Counted from the first letter of the stretch, positions 13,456-26,022 are shown. The stretch is 64,000 nt of DNA from Mobula hypostoma (GCF_963921235.1 NC_086107.1:99140001-99204000), one strand, 5' to 3'. Numbers and translations: made by a program. Notes: a model not told the origin generated them from the sequence alone.

Positions 13456-14077
13456 CAGACATCCCATCTCTCCCGGAAGCTCCGGGAGTCTCCTGCATAT
13501 TAATAGTGGCTCCCTGATGCCCGCAAATTATATACAATGTCCCGGAAATTGATTTTTTTGAGAGCGAGTGTGAGAGAACACGCGAGAAAGAGCGAGAGAG
13601 CGAGTGCAAGAGCAAGAAAGCAAGCACGAGACAGTGAGCGCGAGTGAGAGCGACCACGAGCGAGAGAGCGCGAGCAAGAGAGAGAGCGTGAGAAAGCAAG
13701 CGCGAGAGCGAGAGAGTTCCAAAAAAAGTCAGAGTGGCAGAGTGTTCCAAAAAAAGAAAATATAAAACATACGTCACCCCAGCCTACGCTAAAGTGTACC
13801 CCTGCCTAATAGGGGTCAAAATAATGACAGTGTTGCTCGCTGCACTGTTTGCAACAGTGACTTTTCTATTGCCCATGGTGGGTTAAGACTGTAAAAGACA
13901 TGTTGAGGTGAGTTTAACAGGTGTCATTCGTTCATTAGCATAGCAAACGTTATTTAAACTAGCTGGCTGAACTGCTAAGGAGCTACTCTGTTGCAGACAT
14001 CCCACCTCTCCCGGGAGTCTCCCGCAAATTGATGATGCTACCTCCCTGAAATGAGTTTTTGCAGGGAGGGATGCCTG
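13456..14077 (+). mobile_element. Non-autonomous hAT transposon, copy 1, with decayed BED-finger exon
   Basis: TIRs CAGACATCCC / GGGATGCCTG; internal CTVCNSDFSIAHGG coding followed by GAG|GTGAGT; inverted copy at 15668-16203. Confidence 0.8.
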
Positions 14078-14084
14078 CAACAGC

Positions 14085-14923
14085 TCGCTCGCTAGTGGAG
14101 ATGCTGAAGGAGCTACACGGCGAGTTGCTGCCTGAATCGATGGAGGCTACATTCAGATAGCAAGTCGCCGTCGTGGTCGCTTCTCTTGTGACCGCAAGAC
14201 CCCTTTGGACAAGTTTGATTTGCTGATTGTTTTTTGGACGCGAGCAGGGGCAGATGGAGAGGGCCTAATCCTTGGTGGTAGCGAGGACTAGGCCTGAAGC
14301 CCCGGTGTGGCTTGTTTGCAGCCGCCCGGAGTGAGGGGATGAAGCCGTTGAGCTTCGCCGGGGGCAGTGTGGCGCAGTGTCCGGGACAGAACCGGAGCTG
14401 CCCTTCCGGAGTTTCGCTTGGCAAAAGACGAGCTCTGTTGTGGCCCACTGCAGATTTTTAAGGCAGCACTCAATGGGCTCGAGCCTCAAGCTGTGGGGTC
14501 GCTTGCTTTTCAGCTGCTGGAGGAATGGGTGTCTGAGCCACCGTGCTCTACCGGGGGCAGCATAGCGCAATTGTGGCAACTGAAGATTTAAAATGGACTG
14601 AGGGGTCTGGACTATATACGTAAATATTTGTCTGGTTGTTTTTTTCCTGATATTCCATATGTGCCTGTATACTCAAGGACTAGGCCTTTAAGCCTCAGTA
14701 TTGCCTAATGGGAGTCAAGCATCGAGGCGAGGACTGGGCCTCAAAGCCAGGGTGTTGCCTAGCAGGCGTCGGGGGCCAATCGGTGATTATATCAGTGGGC
14801 TTCAGTGTCTGGACTATATGTATATATAAAATATATATATAGTAGTAACACTGTCTCGTTTGGCTGTATTCATGAGTATTCCTATATGGTGAAATGACAA
14901 TTAAACTTGGATTGAATTAAATT
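14085..14923 (+). mobile_element. Non-autonomous retroposon family B
   Basis: Shares internal GAGCTCT.TTG.GG...CTGCAGATTT and 3' ATGACAATTAAA with the minus copy at 37165-37560. Confidence 0.6.
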
Positions 14924-14935
14924 CTATAATGGTCA

Positions 14936-15164
14936 TGTGGTAAACCATGTATATATGTTGTAACTCGGTTACCTGTCTGGACACACCCCTCTGCTGACTG
15001 CCCCTGTGGCTCCTCCCACAGAGTCCTGTATAAAGGTGTTCGCCTTGCCCCTCCCCCTCAGTCCGGGGGCAGACACTCACTGTGGAGGTCGTATTGTACA
15101 GTGAATAAAAGCCTTTCAGTATTTTACCAAACCTCAGTCTTTTGGAGTAATTGAAGGTGCTTCA
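14936..15164 (+). mobile_element. Solo LTR (229 bp)
   Basis: TG...CA termini, perfect 5-bp TSD GGTCA (14931-14935 and 15165-15169), TATAAA near 15030, AATAAA near 15104. Confidence 0.9.
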
Positions 15165-15667
15165 GGTCAATCTTCCCAAAAGGATCCCTTTCAACTGATA
15201 ATCAATTAACTCCTAGACAATGCACAAAATGAGACCTAGAATAACCTTATCCTGAGTTGCTACCTCAATATATTGATCGAGAAATCCATTCCATATTCAA
15301 AGTTCAAAGTACACTTACTACCAAAGTATGTATATGTTACAGGCAGCCACAAATCAAGAAACTCAAAAGAACCCATAAAAAAAGATCAACAAACACCCAA
15401 TGTACAGAGAGAAAAAAACAAATTGTTCAAATAGTGAAAGTATTTAGAACAAAAATGGAGTCCTCAGACACAAAGCCAGAGCAGGCCGCAGCCTCAGCCT
15501 CAGTTCAGCGTGGAGTGGAGTAAACGTCACGGAGACCGCGGACACGAAGCCCTGAGCAGCCAATGCAGGCCCCAGCCGCAGCCTCAGCCTCAGTGCAGTG
15601 AAGAGGAGAGTAAATGTTACACCGCAGCGAGCAGAACCAGCCCATCCCTCACCTCTGGTCCCAACAG

Positions 15668-16203
15668 TAGACATCCCACCTTGCAAAACTCATTTCAGGG
15701 AGGTAGCATCATCAATTTGAGGGAGACTCCCGGAACTTCCGGGAGAGGTGGGATGTCTGCAATAGAGTAGCTCCTTAGCAGCTAGCCAGCTAGTTTAAAT
15801 AACGTTAGCTATGCTAATGAACGAATGACAGCTGTTAAACTCACCTCAACATGTCTTATACAGTCACTTAATCCACCATGGGCAATAGAAAAGTCACTGT
15901 TGCAAACAGTGCAGTGAGCAACACTCATTATTTTTAGGCAGGGGTACACTTTAGTGTAGCCTGGGTTGATGTACGTTTTATATTTTCTTTTTTTGGAACA
16001 CTCTGCCATGGTCGCTCTCTCTCTCCTGTGGTCGCTCTCTCGCTCTCGCTCTCTTTCGTGCACTCTCTCGCTCTCTCTTGCTTTCTCTCCCTCGCTCTCA
16101 AAGAAATTGATTTCTGGGATATTGTATATAATTTGCGGGCATCAGGGAGCCACTATTAATATGCGGGAGACTCCTGGAACTTCCGGGAGAGGTGGGATGT
16201 CTG
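15668..16203 (-). mobile_element. Non-autonomous hAT transposon, copy 2, retaining an open 55-codon BED-finger exon (16009-15845)
   Basis: MAECSKKRKYKTY...AHCTVCNSDFSIAHGGLSDCIRHVE|GTGAGT; TIR GTGGGATGTCTG; nested in another element spanning about 15295-16645. Confidence 0.8.
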
Positions 16204-16778
16204 CAACGCCCTCCCTTTTCAATCCATCTGGCCCAGCGTTTAAATCTAAGACCTGGGCCCTGTCACATCGACACAGTCTGGACCTGGACCCCACACTCAC
16301 ACTTTGGCCCATACCTGACCTTTCCGAATCGGCCCGGCACTTAAATCAAACTTTGCTCTCGGTTCAGGCGGACAGGTCCCGAATTTTTCTCTCCTCCACT
16401 CCGACTTTGCTGCGCTCTGCTTGCTTCAAATAGGCCTTGAACCTGCCTCGACTTCTTGAACCTCGTCCCAACTTCTCCTCGCCCCCACACACTTCAACCC
16501 TCAACTCAATCTTGCCTCTTCATCGTTTGCAGTGATTGTTTACCGTAATTTTTTTTTACAGAAAATATGTTATTGATAAAGTATTTCTTATAATTCTTGT
16601 TTTGTTAACACCAGTGAGTTGTTCTCGCCTTCAGCAGTGCCATCATTCCCTGGATTTGCACTTGACAGAAAGGGAAGGACTGTAGGTCATGGACCAATGG
16701 TTGGTGGTCAATGTAATGACTTTACAGCGAGACTCAGGCACACAGACAGGGTGGAAAGATGAGCTGGTTGGAGACTGT

Positions 16779-16820
<42 letters not shown>
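16779..16820. repeat. (CA)n microsatellite
   Basis: About 20 CA units, expanded from the ACACAC head of the Penelope-derived repeat. Confidence 0.95.
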
Positions 16821-16823
<3 letters not shown>

Positions 16824-17959
16824 CGCTGCAGGAGCTCAGCAGGCCAGGCAGCATCTGTGGAGAAGGGTAATCAGTCAACGTTTCGGCCGAGACCCTTCAT
16901 CAGGGTGGAGACTAGTTTTCTTCACTCTTTTTCTCCTCATTCTGGGCACAAGCAGATCATCGATTCACACTTATCGGCCTCCTGCCCTCCCTTCCTGTTT
17001 CCACCCCTCTTCCTCTCTGTCTGTCTCTCGTTCCCAGTCTTTGACTGTAGTTTCCTGCATCACAGTCTCCCAGTCTCTTTGTTTTGTGTGTCAATTCCAA
17101 CACACGCAAAATGCTGGAGGAACTCAGCAAGTCAGGCAGCATCTGTGGAGAGGACGCAGGATCTTATATCAGTGCTGATGAGGGGTCTCAGCGTCTGTTA
17201 CTCTAGAGACGGCAATCCAGTTTGTCCAGTGTTTTCTCATAGCTACTAATCTCTATATCGGGTAGTCTCCTGGTGACCTGTTCTGCACCCTCACCAAAGC
17301 CTTCACATCCTTCCTGCGATGAGGTGACTAGAATTGCACACGATGCTAAAAACGTGGCCTAACTAAAGTTTTATTCAACTACAACATGACCTCTTGTCTG
17401 TTATACTCAGCACCCCAACCAATGAAGGCAACGATGCAAGCATTGACAGTCCTTTGTATTGACGAGTCTATTGATCTCTGTCACTGCCTTTTTACGTATC
17501 TTGTTCAGTACCCCTATCTTTATCTCTCTCTCCAATCACTCTCTCTCTCTGATCTCTCTCTCTCTCACTATGACTCAGTGCTTTCTGTTTCTCTCTTTCT
17601 CACTCACTGATTCTTCCTTGTTCTTTTTCCCTCTGTTTTTATTAACTCTCTCTTTATGTCCCTCACTCTCATCCTTTCTTAGTTTCACTCTCACTGTCAC
17701 TCCCTTTTTACCTGGCTACTTCACTTTTTTTCTCCGAAGACTGACAATCACTAAACCACAAATACCCTTCAGTTTCTGTCTCTCCTTCCCATCTTTTTCT
17801 CTTTCTCTCTCTCCCCCATCTCTATCTCTATCTATCTCTCTCCTACCTTCTCTCTCCCACTCTTTCTCTGTCTGTCTGTCTCTTTCTCCACCACGTTTTT
17901 CGCCTTCTCGAGTGCCCTCTATACCATACAGGCCTCAATGCTGGAGGAAAAGCGCTGTC

Positions 17960-18985
17960 AACTGCAGGCTGGCACTTCCACTGCATCCTGGATAATGGAC
18001 TACCTGACTGGCAGGCCACAGTTTGTGTCACACGTGGCTATAAGCAGCACTGGGGCTCCATAGGGGACTGTGTTGGCTCCCTTTTTGTTTACCCTGTTTT
18101 CCTCGGACTTTAGATACAACACTGAGTCAGGTCATCTTCAGAAATTCTCTGATGACTCAGAAATATTTAGGTGTATTAAGGGTGGACCGGAGGATGAATA
18201 CAGGGCCCCGGTGGAGGACCTTGTCAAATGGTGCAAGCTGAATCACCTGCAGCTCAACACCAGTAAGACAAAGGAGATGGTGATGGACTTTAGGAAGACT
18301 AAGCCTGCACCGCTCCTGGTTACTATTGATGGTGAGGACCTACAAGTACCTGGGGGTGCACCTGGATGACAGACTTGAGCGGGGCACCAACGCAGAGACT
18401 GTGTACAAGAAGGGTCAGAGTCATCTCCACTTCCTGAGGAGACTGAGTTCCTTTGCTGTATACAGGCCTCTCCTTCAGATGATCTACCTGCCTATTGTCG
18501 CCAGTACAATCTCCTATGTGGTGGTGTTCTGGGGGAATGGCATCAACATAGGTGATGCCAACAAGCTCAGTAAACTGACTAGAAAGGCTGGCTCTGTTAT
18601 AGGAGTCAAACGGGACACACTGGAGACTGTGGTAGAGCAAGGGACACTACGGAAAGTCCTGGCAATTCTGGACAATGTTTCTCACCCTCTGCATGCCACT
18701 TTGGCTAGACAGAGGAGCACTTTCAGTAATAGACCAAGACAACTGCTCTGCTCCAAAAAGTGCTATATGAGGTCATTCTTACCCTCGGCCATTAGGCTCT
18801 ATAATGAGTCAAGCTATAGCCAGGAAAGTGATGACTCCCTCCTGTTAGACTGTTTGTGTAACTTATTTTTTATTCTTTCTTACTTCTCTTCAAATATTTA
18901 TATATTTGTATATCTGTTCACTTGTAATGCTACTGTGACAGTGTAATCTCCTTTGGGATCAATAAAGTATCTATCGAGAGATCAA
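17960..18985 (+). mobile_element. Rex1/Babar LINE 3' fragment (RT), frameshifted
   Basis: LAPFLFTLFSSDF...LQKFSDD...LQLNTSKTKEMVMDFRK; YKYLGVHLDDRL; CAATAAAGTATCTATC tail. Confidence 0.9.
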
Positions 18986-19752
18986 TATATCTATCTGTCT
19001 GTCTCTGTCTCTCCCTTCTCCCTGTTTTGCTCTATCTCTGTCTTTTAACACCTCTTTTTACCTGTCAGCCTGCTTGTCCCTCCTCTTGTCTCTCTCATTA
19101 TCTCTTATTTTTCCATTATGTAAGGTGATGAACTCATTTATTCCCGTTATTTATGCCCTCTTGTTGTAATCAGCCTGGAAGCTCTCCCGCCTCCTCACCC
19201 ACCTTTTTTTTTCCATCAGCTTCTTTGTTACTCTGAATCCAGCTCATTACAATTCACTTCAGATCCATTAGCTACCTGACAGTTGTTCCTTGCCCAATCT
19301 CATCATTAACCATCTCCTCTCTGCTCCTTCGCCACTCATTGAGAAACATCTCCTCATTTCTTCACTAGACCATCCCCCTCTAATTTCAGCCTGTCCCCCT
19401 TACCCTCAGCGAAGACAGGTTCAAGGAGCAGTATCTCAAAAAAGGCAGCATCCATCATTAAGGACCCCCATCACCCAGGACATGCCCTCTTCTTATTGCT
19501 AACATCAGGAAGGAGATACAGGAGCCTGAAGGCACACACTCAACGATTCAGGAACAGTTTCTGCCCCTCTGCCATCAGATTTCTGAAAGGACATTGAATC
19601 GATATACCTCACTACTTTTTTATTTCTGCTTTTGCACTACTTTAACTATTTTATATATATATATATATCTACTGTAATACAGTATTTTTATATATAATCC
19701 ATATTTATCATGTTTTGCATTGTACTGCTGCTACAAAGTTAACAAATCTCAT

Positions 19753-21018
19753 GCCTTACTGAAGTCCATGTAGACAACATCCACTGCTTTCCTTTTTTCG
19801 AGGAGGTTACCAGGAAAGTGGATGAAGGGAAGGCAGTGGATGTTGTCTACATGGACTTCAGTAAGGCCTTTGACAAGGTCCCGCATGGGAGGTTAGTTAG
19901 GAAGATTCAGTCGCTAGGTATACATGGAGAGGTGGTAAATTGGATTAGATATTAGCTCAATGGAAAAAGCCAGAGAGTGGTAGTGGAGGATTCTCTGAGT
20001 GGAGGCCTGTGACTAGTGGTGTGCCACAGGGATCAGTGCTGGGTCCATTGTTATTTGTCATCTATATCAATGATCTGGATGATAATGTGGTAAATTGGAT
20101 CAGCAAATTTGCTGCTGATACAAAGATTGGAGGTGTAGTGGACAGTGAGGAAGGTTTTCAAAGCTTGCAGAGGGATTTGGACCAGCTGGAAAAATGGGCT
20201 GAAAAATGACAGATGGAGTTTAATACAGACAAGTGTGAGGTTTTGCACTTTGGAAGGACAAACCAAGGTAGAACATACAAGGTAAATGGTAGGGCATTGA
20301 GGAGTGCAGTAGAACAGAGGGATCTGGGAATACAGATACAAAATTCCCTAAAAGTGGCATCACAGGTAGATAGGGTCGTAAAGAGAGCTTTTGGTACATT
20401 GGCCTTTATAAATCAAAGTATTGAGTATAAGAGTTGGAATGTTATGGTGAGGTTGTATAAGGCATTGGTGAGGCCGAATTTGGAGTATTGTGTGCAGTTT
20501 TGGTCACCAAATTACAGAAAGGATATCAATAAGGTTGAAAGAGTGCAGAGAAGGTTTACAAGGATGTTGCTGGGATTTGAGAAACTGAGTTACAGAGAAA
20601 GGCTGAGTAAGTTAGGACTTCATTCCCTGGAGCGTAGAAGAGTGAGGGGAAATTTGATAGAGGTGTATTAAATTATGAAGGGTATAGACAGAGTGAATGC
20701 AAGCAGGCTTTTTCCAATGAGGCTAGGGGAGAAAGAAACCAGAGGACATGGGTTAAGGGTGAGGGGGGAAAAGTTTAAAGGGAACATTGGGGCTTCTTCA
20801 CACAGAGAGTGGTGGGAGTGTGGAATGAGCTGCCAGATGAGGTGGTAAATGCAGGCTCACTTTTAACACTTAAGAAAAACTTGGACAGGTACATGGATGG
20901 GAGGTGTATGGAGGGATATGATCCAGGTGCAGGTCAGTGGGACTAGGCAGAAAAATGGTTTGGCACAGCCAAGGGTCAAAAGGCCTGTTTCTGTGCTGTA
21001 ATGTTCTATGGTTCTATG
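19753..21018 (+). mobile_element. CR1/HER1-like LINE, 5'-truncated, with 5' fold-back
   Basis: [55 protein letters not shown] tail; splits the 3' tail of an older LINE (19415-19752 and 21019-21062). Confidence 0.92.
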
Positions 21019-21284
21019 ACATATGCCAATGATATTAAACCTGATTCTGATTCAGATTCTGAGATAGCAACCTTCACTAAGACTTTCCTCCAAAATCTCC
21101 ATCGAGTGTTCCAAGATATACAAACCAGGGAAACCTTCACCACTTACTTTAAAGCCACATTCGCCCATCGAAGCAGCCAATAGGATTGAGCGAGCGGAAG
21201 GGCAGTTGGTCACCTCATTCTCTTTCTCCCTCCGCTCCAGACACAAAGGATCGAGGAGGGTCACCTAGACATGGGCGCAATGAC

Positions 21285-21925
21285 ATAACTCTGTGAAAGT
21301 GGCCAGGAGGGTAAAGGAAGCAGGTGGCATGCGTGCCTTTGTTGTTAGCCAAGGCATTGACTTCAAGAACCGGGAATTTATGGCGCAGCTTTACAAAACT
21401 CTGGCTGGGCCGCCCCTGAAGAATCGCACACAGTTCTGGCCGCCCCATCTAGGAAGGACGTGGAGAGGGTGCAGGATTAGAGGGCGTGTTCTACCAGGAG
21501 AGGTTGGACCAACTTGGATTGTTTTTCTCCGGAGCATCGGAGACTGAGGGGAGACCTGAAAGAAGTTTATTAAAATGGAGAGGCACCGACAGAGTACGTA
21601 GCCGCCATCTTTCTCTCAGGGTCGAAATGCCCCATACCATGAGGTACGCATTTAAGGGGAGAGCAGGAAGGTTCAAAGGAGATGAGTGAGGTGAGTTTTT
21701 TTACACACGGAGAGTGTGGTGGGTACCTGGAACGTGTTGCCTGGGGTGATGGTGGAGGCTGATGTTAAGTGTCTCTTTGATAGGCACATGAATATGTAGA
21801 GAGAATGCAGGCATTTGGACCATGTCCAGGCATCAGGGATTAGTGTAATTAGCTTAATTAGTCCAGTGCTACATCTTGGGTTGAAGGACCTGCTTCTGTA
21901 CTTTTCTGTATTCTGCGTTCTAAAC
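21285..21925 (+). mobile_element. Old CR1-like LINE 3' fragment
   Basis: QGIDFKNREFMAQLYKTL, YQERLDQLGLF. Confidence 0.75.
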
Positions 21926-22653
21926 AAAAGGACCTTTGAGCATTGGCCTTGATCCTGAGCCAGTCTGCATCACAACAGGGACAGATCAAAGTAGTCAGGC
22001 CCTCTGATTAACCCTACCCAGACGTCTGGCCAGGGTAGAGATACTGGCGTTGGTGGGCAAGGGGTGTGGGTTCCCTGGAACGGAAGTGGAAATCCGTCTC
22101 CTCTCATGGGGTGAGTCAAGAAGGGGAAAGCACGGGAGTTGGGTTACTCTGGGGTGAAGTTTAGAGGAACCCCTCGCACAAAAGGTGACGGAATTGCCAG
22201 AGGTTTGCAACTGGAGAAGGAGAGGTTTTTGTTTGCAGTGGGCGGGGACGTGAAGCTAGTGAACTAGAGGTACCGCCGAACTTGGACAGGAGGCTGAAGG
22301 CCTGCCAACAAGTCACGTCACGCAGTGGTTGCTCAGCACCGGGGAGAGGAGCAGCTGCAGGTTAAATGTTCAAACCACAGGAGTTTGAGGTACTTGGAGC
22401 TGAACAAGTGTTGGGAGTACGGGGAGCTCGGCTGTGGCTGTGGGGTTAAGGGGTAGGGACTGGGGGAGCAGGACTGGACATCTGCTTCCAAGTCGGTGAG
22501 TGGTAGGGCTGGCGTTTTGTTTAAATGGATGTTTAGTGCTCGTCATGTTTTATTGTAGCTCAGTGCAGCTGCTTGTGAGCTGTTGATGGGTGTATTGAAA
22601 TCATTAATTATCATTACCCAAGCCATCAGATCCAGCTGCAGCCAGAGTCTCAC

Positions 22654-22780
22654 CCTGAGGCCCTCACTCGATGGTGCGTGCACCCGTCCCTGGGTTGGCC
22701 AGTCCTGCTCGCCGGTCCCCGGGACCAACGGTCTTCAGGGCCAAGTGCCCACTCCCCCGCTGTCTCCTTCAGTGAGAGGG
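22654..22780 (-). pseudogene. Candidate exon F of decayed gene (SLSLKETAGEWALGP...), acceptor AG missing
   Basis: Would continue LDI- in phase 1; donor GG|GTGAGA; the acceptor position reads AATA instead of AG. Confidence 0.25.
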
Positions 22781-23288
22781 TATTGAACACACAAGGAAAG
22801 ATCTCCCACACACAAAAACAGCAACACACACACACAGACACACACCCACAGACGTAGGTACAAGCACATGGATGCATACACAAGGCAGGCATTCATGTAC
22901 GCACAATCATTCACGTCCGCTCAACCTTTCTCTCCCTCTCTCTCTCACTCAAACATACTCAGAGAGGCACACACATGTATATATTCACAAAGCAAGAAGC
23001 AGAGTGACAGGTCAGTGTAAACAGAGAGACATGCACAGATATACACAGTTACAGAGCCACTCAGAGATAAGAGACACACAAACAAACATACATACAGATA
23101 GAGAGGGAGACTCAGGGATTAACTCTACATTTGTGGATGCTGAGTGCTTACAGAATTTTCTGCCTTTGTTTCAGATTTCCAGAATCTGTGATTGTTGGTT
23201 TAATTTCCAACTACTATTCCAGTAAACCCTGAAAGAATGGCAGGCAATCAGCTCGGCAGAGCCCTCGACTGCCACCACCTGGACTTAC

Positions 23289-23336
23289 AAATGTCCAGCT
23301 TGGTCAGGCCCAGGAGCAAGCTGACCAGGAGATGCC
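23289..23336 (-). pseudogene. Candidate 48-nt exon E, RUN-domain C-terminal helix-like (GHLLVSLLLGLTKLDI)
   Basis: Long pyrimidine tract + TTCAG acceptor, GTAAGT donor, phase 1-1. Resembles the RUFY-type GxxIVGLLVGLNVLD motif by eye. Confidence 0.5.
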
Positions 23337-23379
23337 CTGAATAGCCAGGGGACAGAGGGACAGTGACAGGGAGAGAGAA

Positions 23380-23389
23380 GGGGGGGGGG

Positions 23390-23453
<64 letters not shown>
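23380..23453. repeat. G-run plus (GA)n microsatellite
   Basis: Directly visible. Confidence 0.95.
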
Positions 23454-23457
<4 letters not shown>

Positions 23458-25345
23458 TGTCTGTGAGAGATAGGCACAGAGGGAGAGCGAGAGATGTACA
23501 TGCACACTGTAAAAGACAGTCAGAGAGAGACAAACACAGACGCAAAGGACACACAAACACAGACATGAAGAGGAACAGGAGCTCGCCCAGGCAGCCTCAC
23601 TGCTAATCTGTGACCCTCCATCAGCCTGACTGCAGTGGGAAATGTTGCAGAGAATCAGCCTGCCAAACTGTGGCTACAGAGAACGTGTGATTGAAATTAG
23701 AAACTGTCTGTTGACTTCAATTGTCGCATCTGTATGCTCATTAAAGCTTCTGTCATTAAGGACCATGTGCATTCAGCTGTACACCTGGGAAGGGTCCATG
23801 GCAGGGTGCTTTAGCTGTGGCCTGTGTCCTCTATTCTTTAACGCAGGAGATTCTGCAATTGCTGGAAATCTTGAGCAACGCACATAATCTGGTGGGGGAA
23901 CTCAGCAAACCGGGCAGCATCTATGGAGGGAAATAAACAGTTGACATCACCCCTCTGTCAATGCTGCCTGACCTGCTGAGTTCCTCCAGCACGTTGTGTG
24001 TGTTCCTCTGTCGTTTATTCCCTGTCCAGGTGTGACCTTGGCCACGTTCTGGGGGTGAGCTTACTGCTTTTCACTAAAAAGTTCCCTTTCGCACCCACAG
24101 GTGCTTGTGTGGACGGGAAGCTCCCGTTTGTGTAGACACGGACGTGTGGCTTCCCAGCTGATAGAAAGTCACAGTGGGAACACGTCCCGCGGTTTCTCCT
24201 GCCAGGAATGGCTGGGTCCACTCTCCTGACCAAACATTGCGGCATTTAGGGACACAACAGGGAAGCAGTCGTTATTGCTGTTATCACTGGTAGTGTCCTA
24301 ATGATGGGATGGCCCAGAGCAGCCAGCACACTCCACAACCCAGGTTCGGTTCACCCTTGTCAGCCTGGCCCTCTCTATCCATTACAAAGTGCACGTGGAA
24401 CTGTTGTTCCGGATTTCCTGTCATGTTGCTGTAATGAGACCGAAGGAGACCATTCAGCCCATTGACCCTGTGCTAGCTGAGTCAAGCAATCCTGTCAGTC
24501 AAGCTTCCCACTCTTTTCCCTTTCTCCTGCAAATTATCCCCCCCCCCCCCCATGGCCATCCAGTTGCAATAAGATGCAGGAGCCGAATTGGACTATTCAC
24601 CCTATCGAGTCTGCTCCATCATTCAATCATAGCAGAATTATTATCTCTTTCAAGCCCATTCTTCTCTGTAGCCTTTGACAGCCTTACGAATTAAGAATGT
24701 ATTAACCTCTGCTTTAAATACACCCAATGATTTGAACCCTCAGCCATCTGTGGCAATGAATTCCACAGATTCATCACCCTCTAGCTAAAGAAATTCCTCT
24801 CTTCTCTGTTCCTTCTGTTCTGAGGCTGTGCCCTCTGGTCCTAGATTCTCCCACTGGAAACACCCTCTCTACATACATTCTATCTAGGCCTTTCAGTGAC
24901 TGGTAAGTTTCAATGAGACTCACTCCTCATTCTTCTAAACTCCACCCTCAGTACACTGGTCTGTTTCTGCCTGCCCTCCAGAGAGTGAATCAGAGCCGGA
25001 GGTCTCCGTGGGTCGAGCAGCATCTGTGGGAAGAGAGGAATTGTCAACGTTTCGGGTCAATCAGGGCTCACTGAGTTCCTCACAAAGACGTTGTATTATT
25101 CCACATTCCAGCATCCAGATAAGTCCATGGTGCTGCTTTTTGCAGAACCCAAACCAGGGTAGGACTTTTACGGTGAACAGCCGGGCTTGGGCACGCAGAG
25201 GAGGAATGACGAGTCAGCGTAGGTGCGTACGTGGAGTGTGAAAGATTACAGCCTCAGTCTGAATATCTGAATGGGACTGCTCCTCAAGTCCTGGTTTGCT
25301 TCAGCCTCACGCCCCTGATCTACCGTCACCTGATGCTGAGGGAGA

Positions 25346-25392
25346 AGGGCACCTCCTCGTCGGCTTGCTCCTGGGCCTGACCAAGCTGGACA
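25346..25392 (+). repeat. Inverted 47-bp copy of 23292-23338
   Basis: 44/47 identical to the reverse complement of 23292-23338. Confidence 0.95.
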
Positions 25393-25397
25393 CTCAT

Positions 25398-25583
25398 TTC
25401 CCCCCCTCTCCCCCCCTCCCTGTCTCTCTCTCTCTCTCTCTCTCTCCCTCCCTCTGTCTGTCTCTCTCTCTCCCTCCCTCTCTCTCTCTCTCTCTCCCCC
25501 TCCCTGTCTCTCTCTCTCTCCCTCCCTCCCTCTGTCTGTCTCTCTCTCTCTCCCCCCTCCCTGTCTCTCTCTCTCTCCCTCCC

Positions 25584-25615
<32 letters not shown>

Positions 25616-25621
25616 CCCCCT

Positions 25622-25680
<59 letters not shown>

Positions 25681-25822
25681 CCTCTGTCTGTCTCTCTCTC
25701 TCCTGCTTTCTCTCCCTCTCTCTATCTCTTTACCACTCCTGTTTTCTCTCTTCCTCCTTCTCTCTATCTTTCTCCCTCTCCAGCTTTCTCCGTCCCTCCT
25801 CTCTCCCCCATCCCCCCCCCCG
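25398..25822. repeat. Compound CT/CCCT/CTGT microsatellite with higher-order repetition
   Basis: Directly visible; produces spurious SL/ER-rich ORFs. Confidence 0.95.
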
Positions 25823-26022
25823 TCTGTGATTATTTTTGTGAAGGGGTGTTGGTCTCTGTGGCCGTGGTGGGACATTGATCGTCACCATGGTGACCAAGGC
25901 CACATCCGCGGTGCTGGCGTTCTGCCCGTGACCCCCACAAGACACCGCAGCATCTCCAGACCAAGTTCTCTTGCTCTCGTTCATCGGCCCATTCAGTCAG
26001 TTGAGGTGAATTCTGTTATTTT

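Noticed and set aside
23350..25822. Single large inverted duplication including the GA and CT tracts
   Set aside because: The tracts lie on the same side of each 47-bp arm, so they are not nested as a simple inversion would require.
25246..25875. 209-aa and 177-aa ORFs
   Set aside because: Translations of the CT/GA microsatellite.
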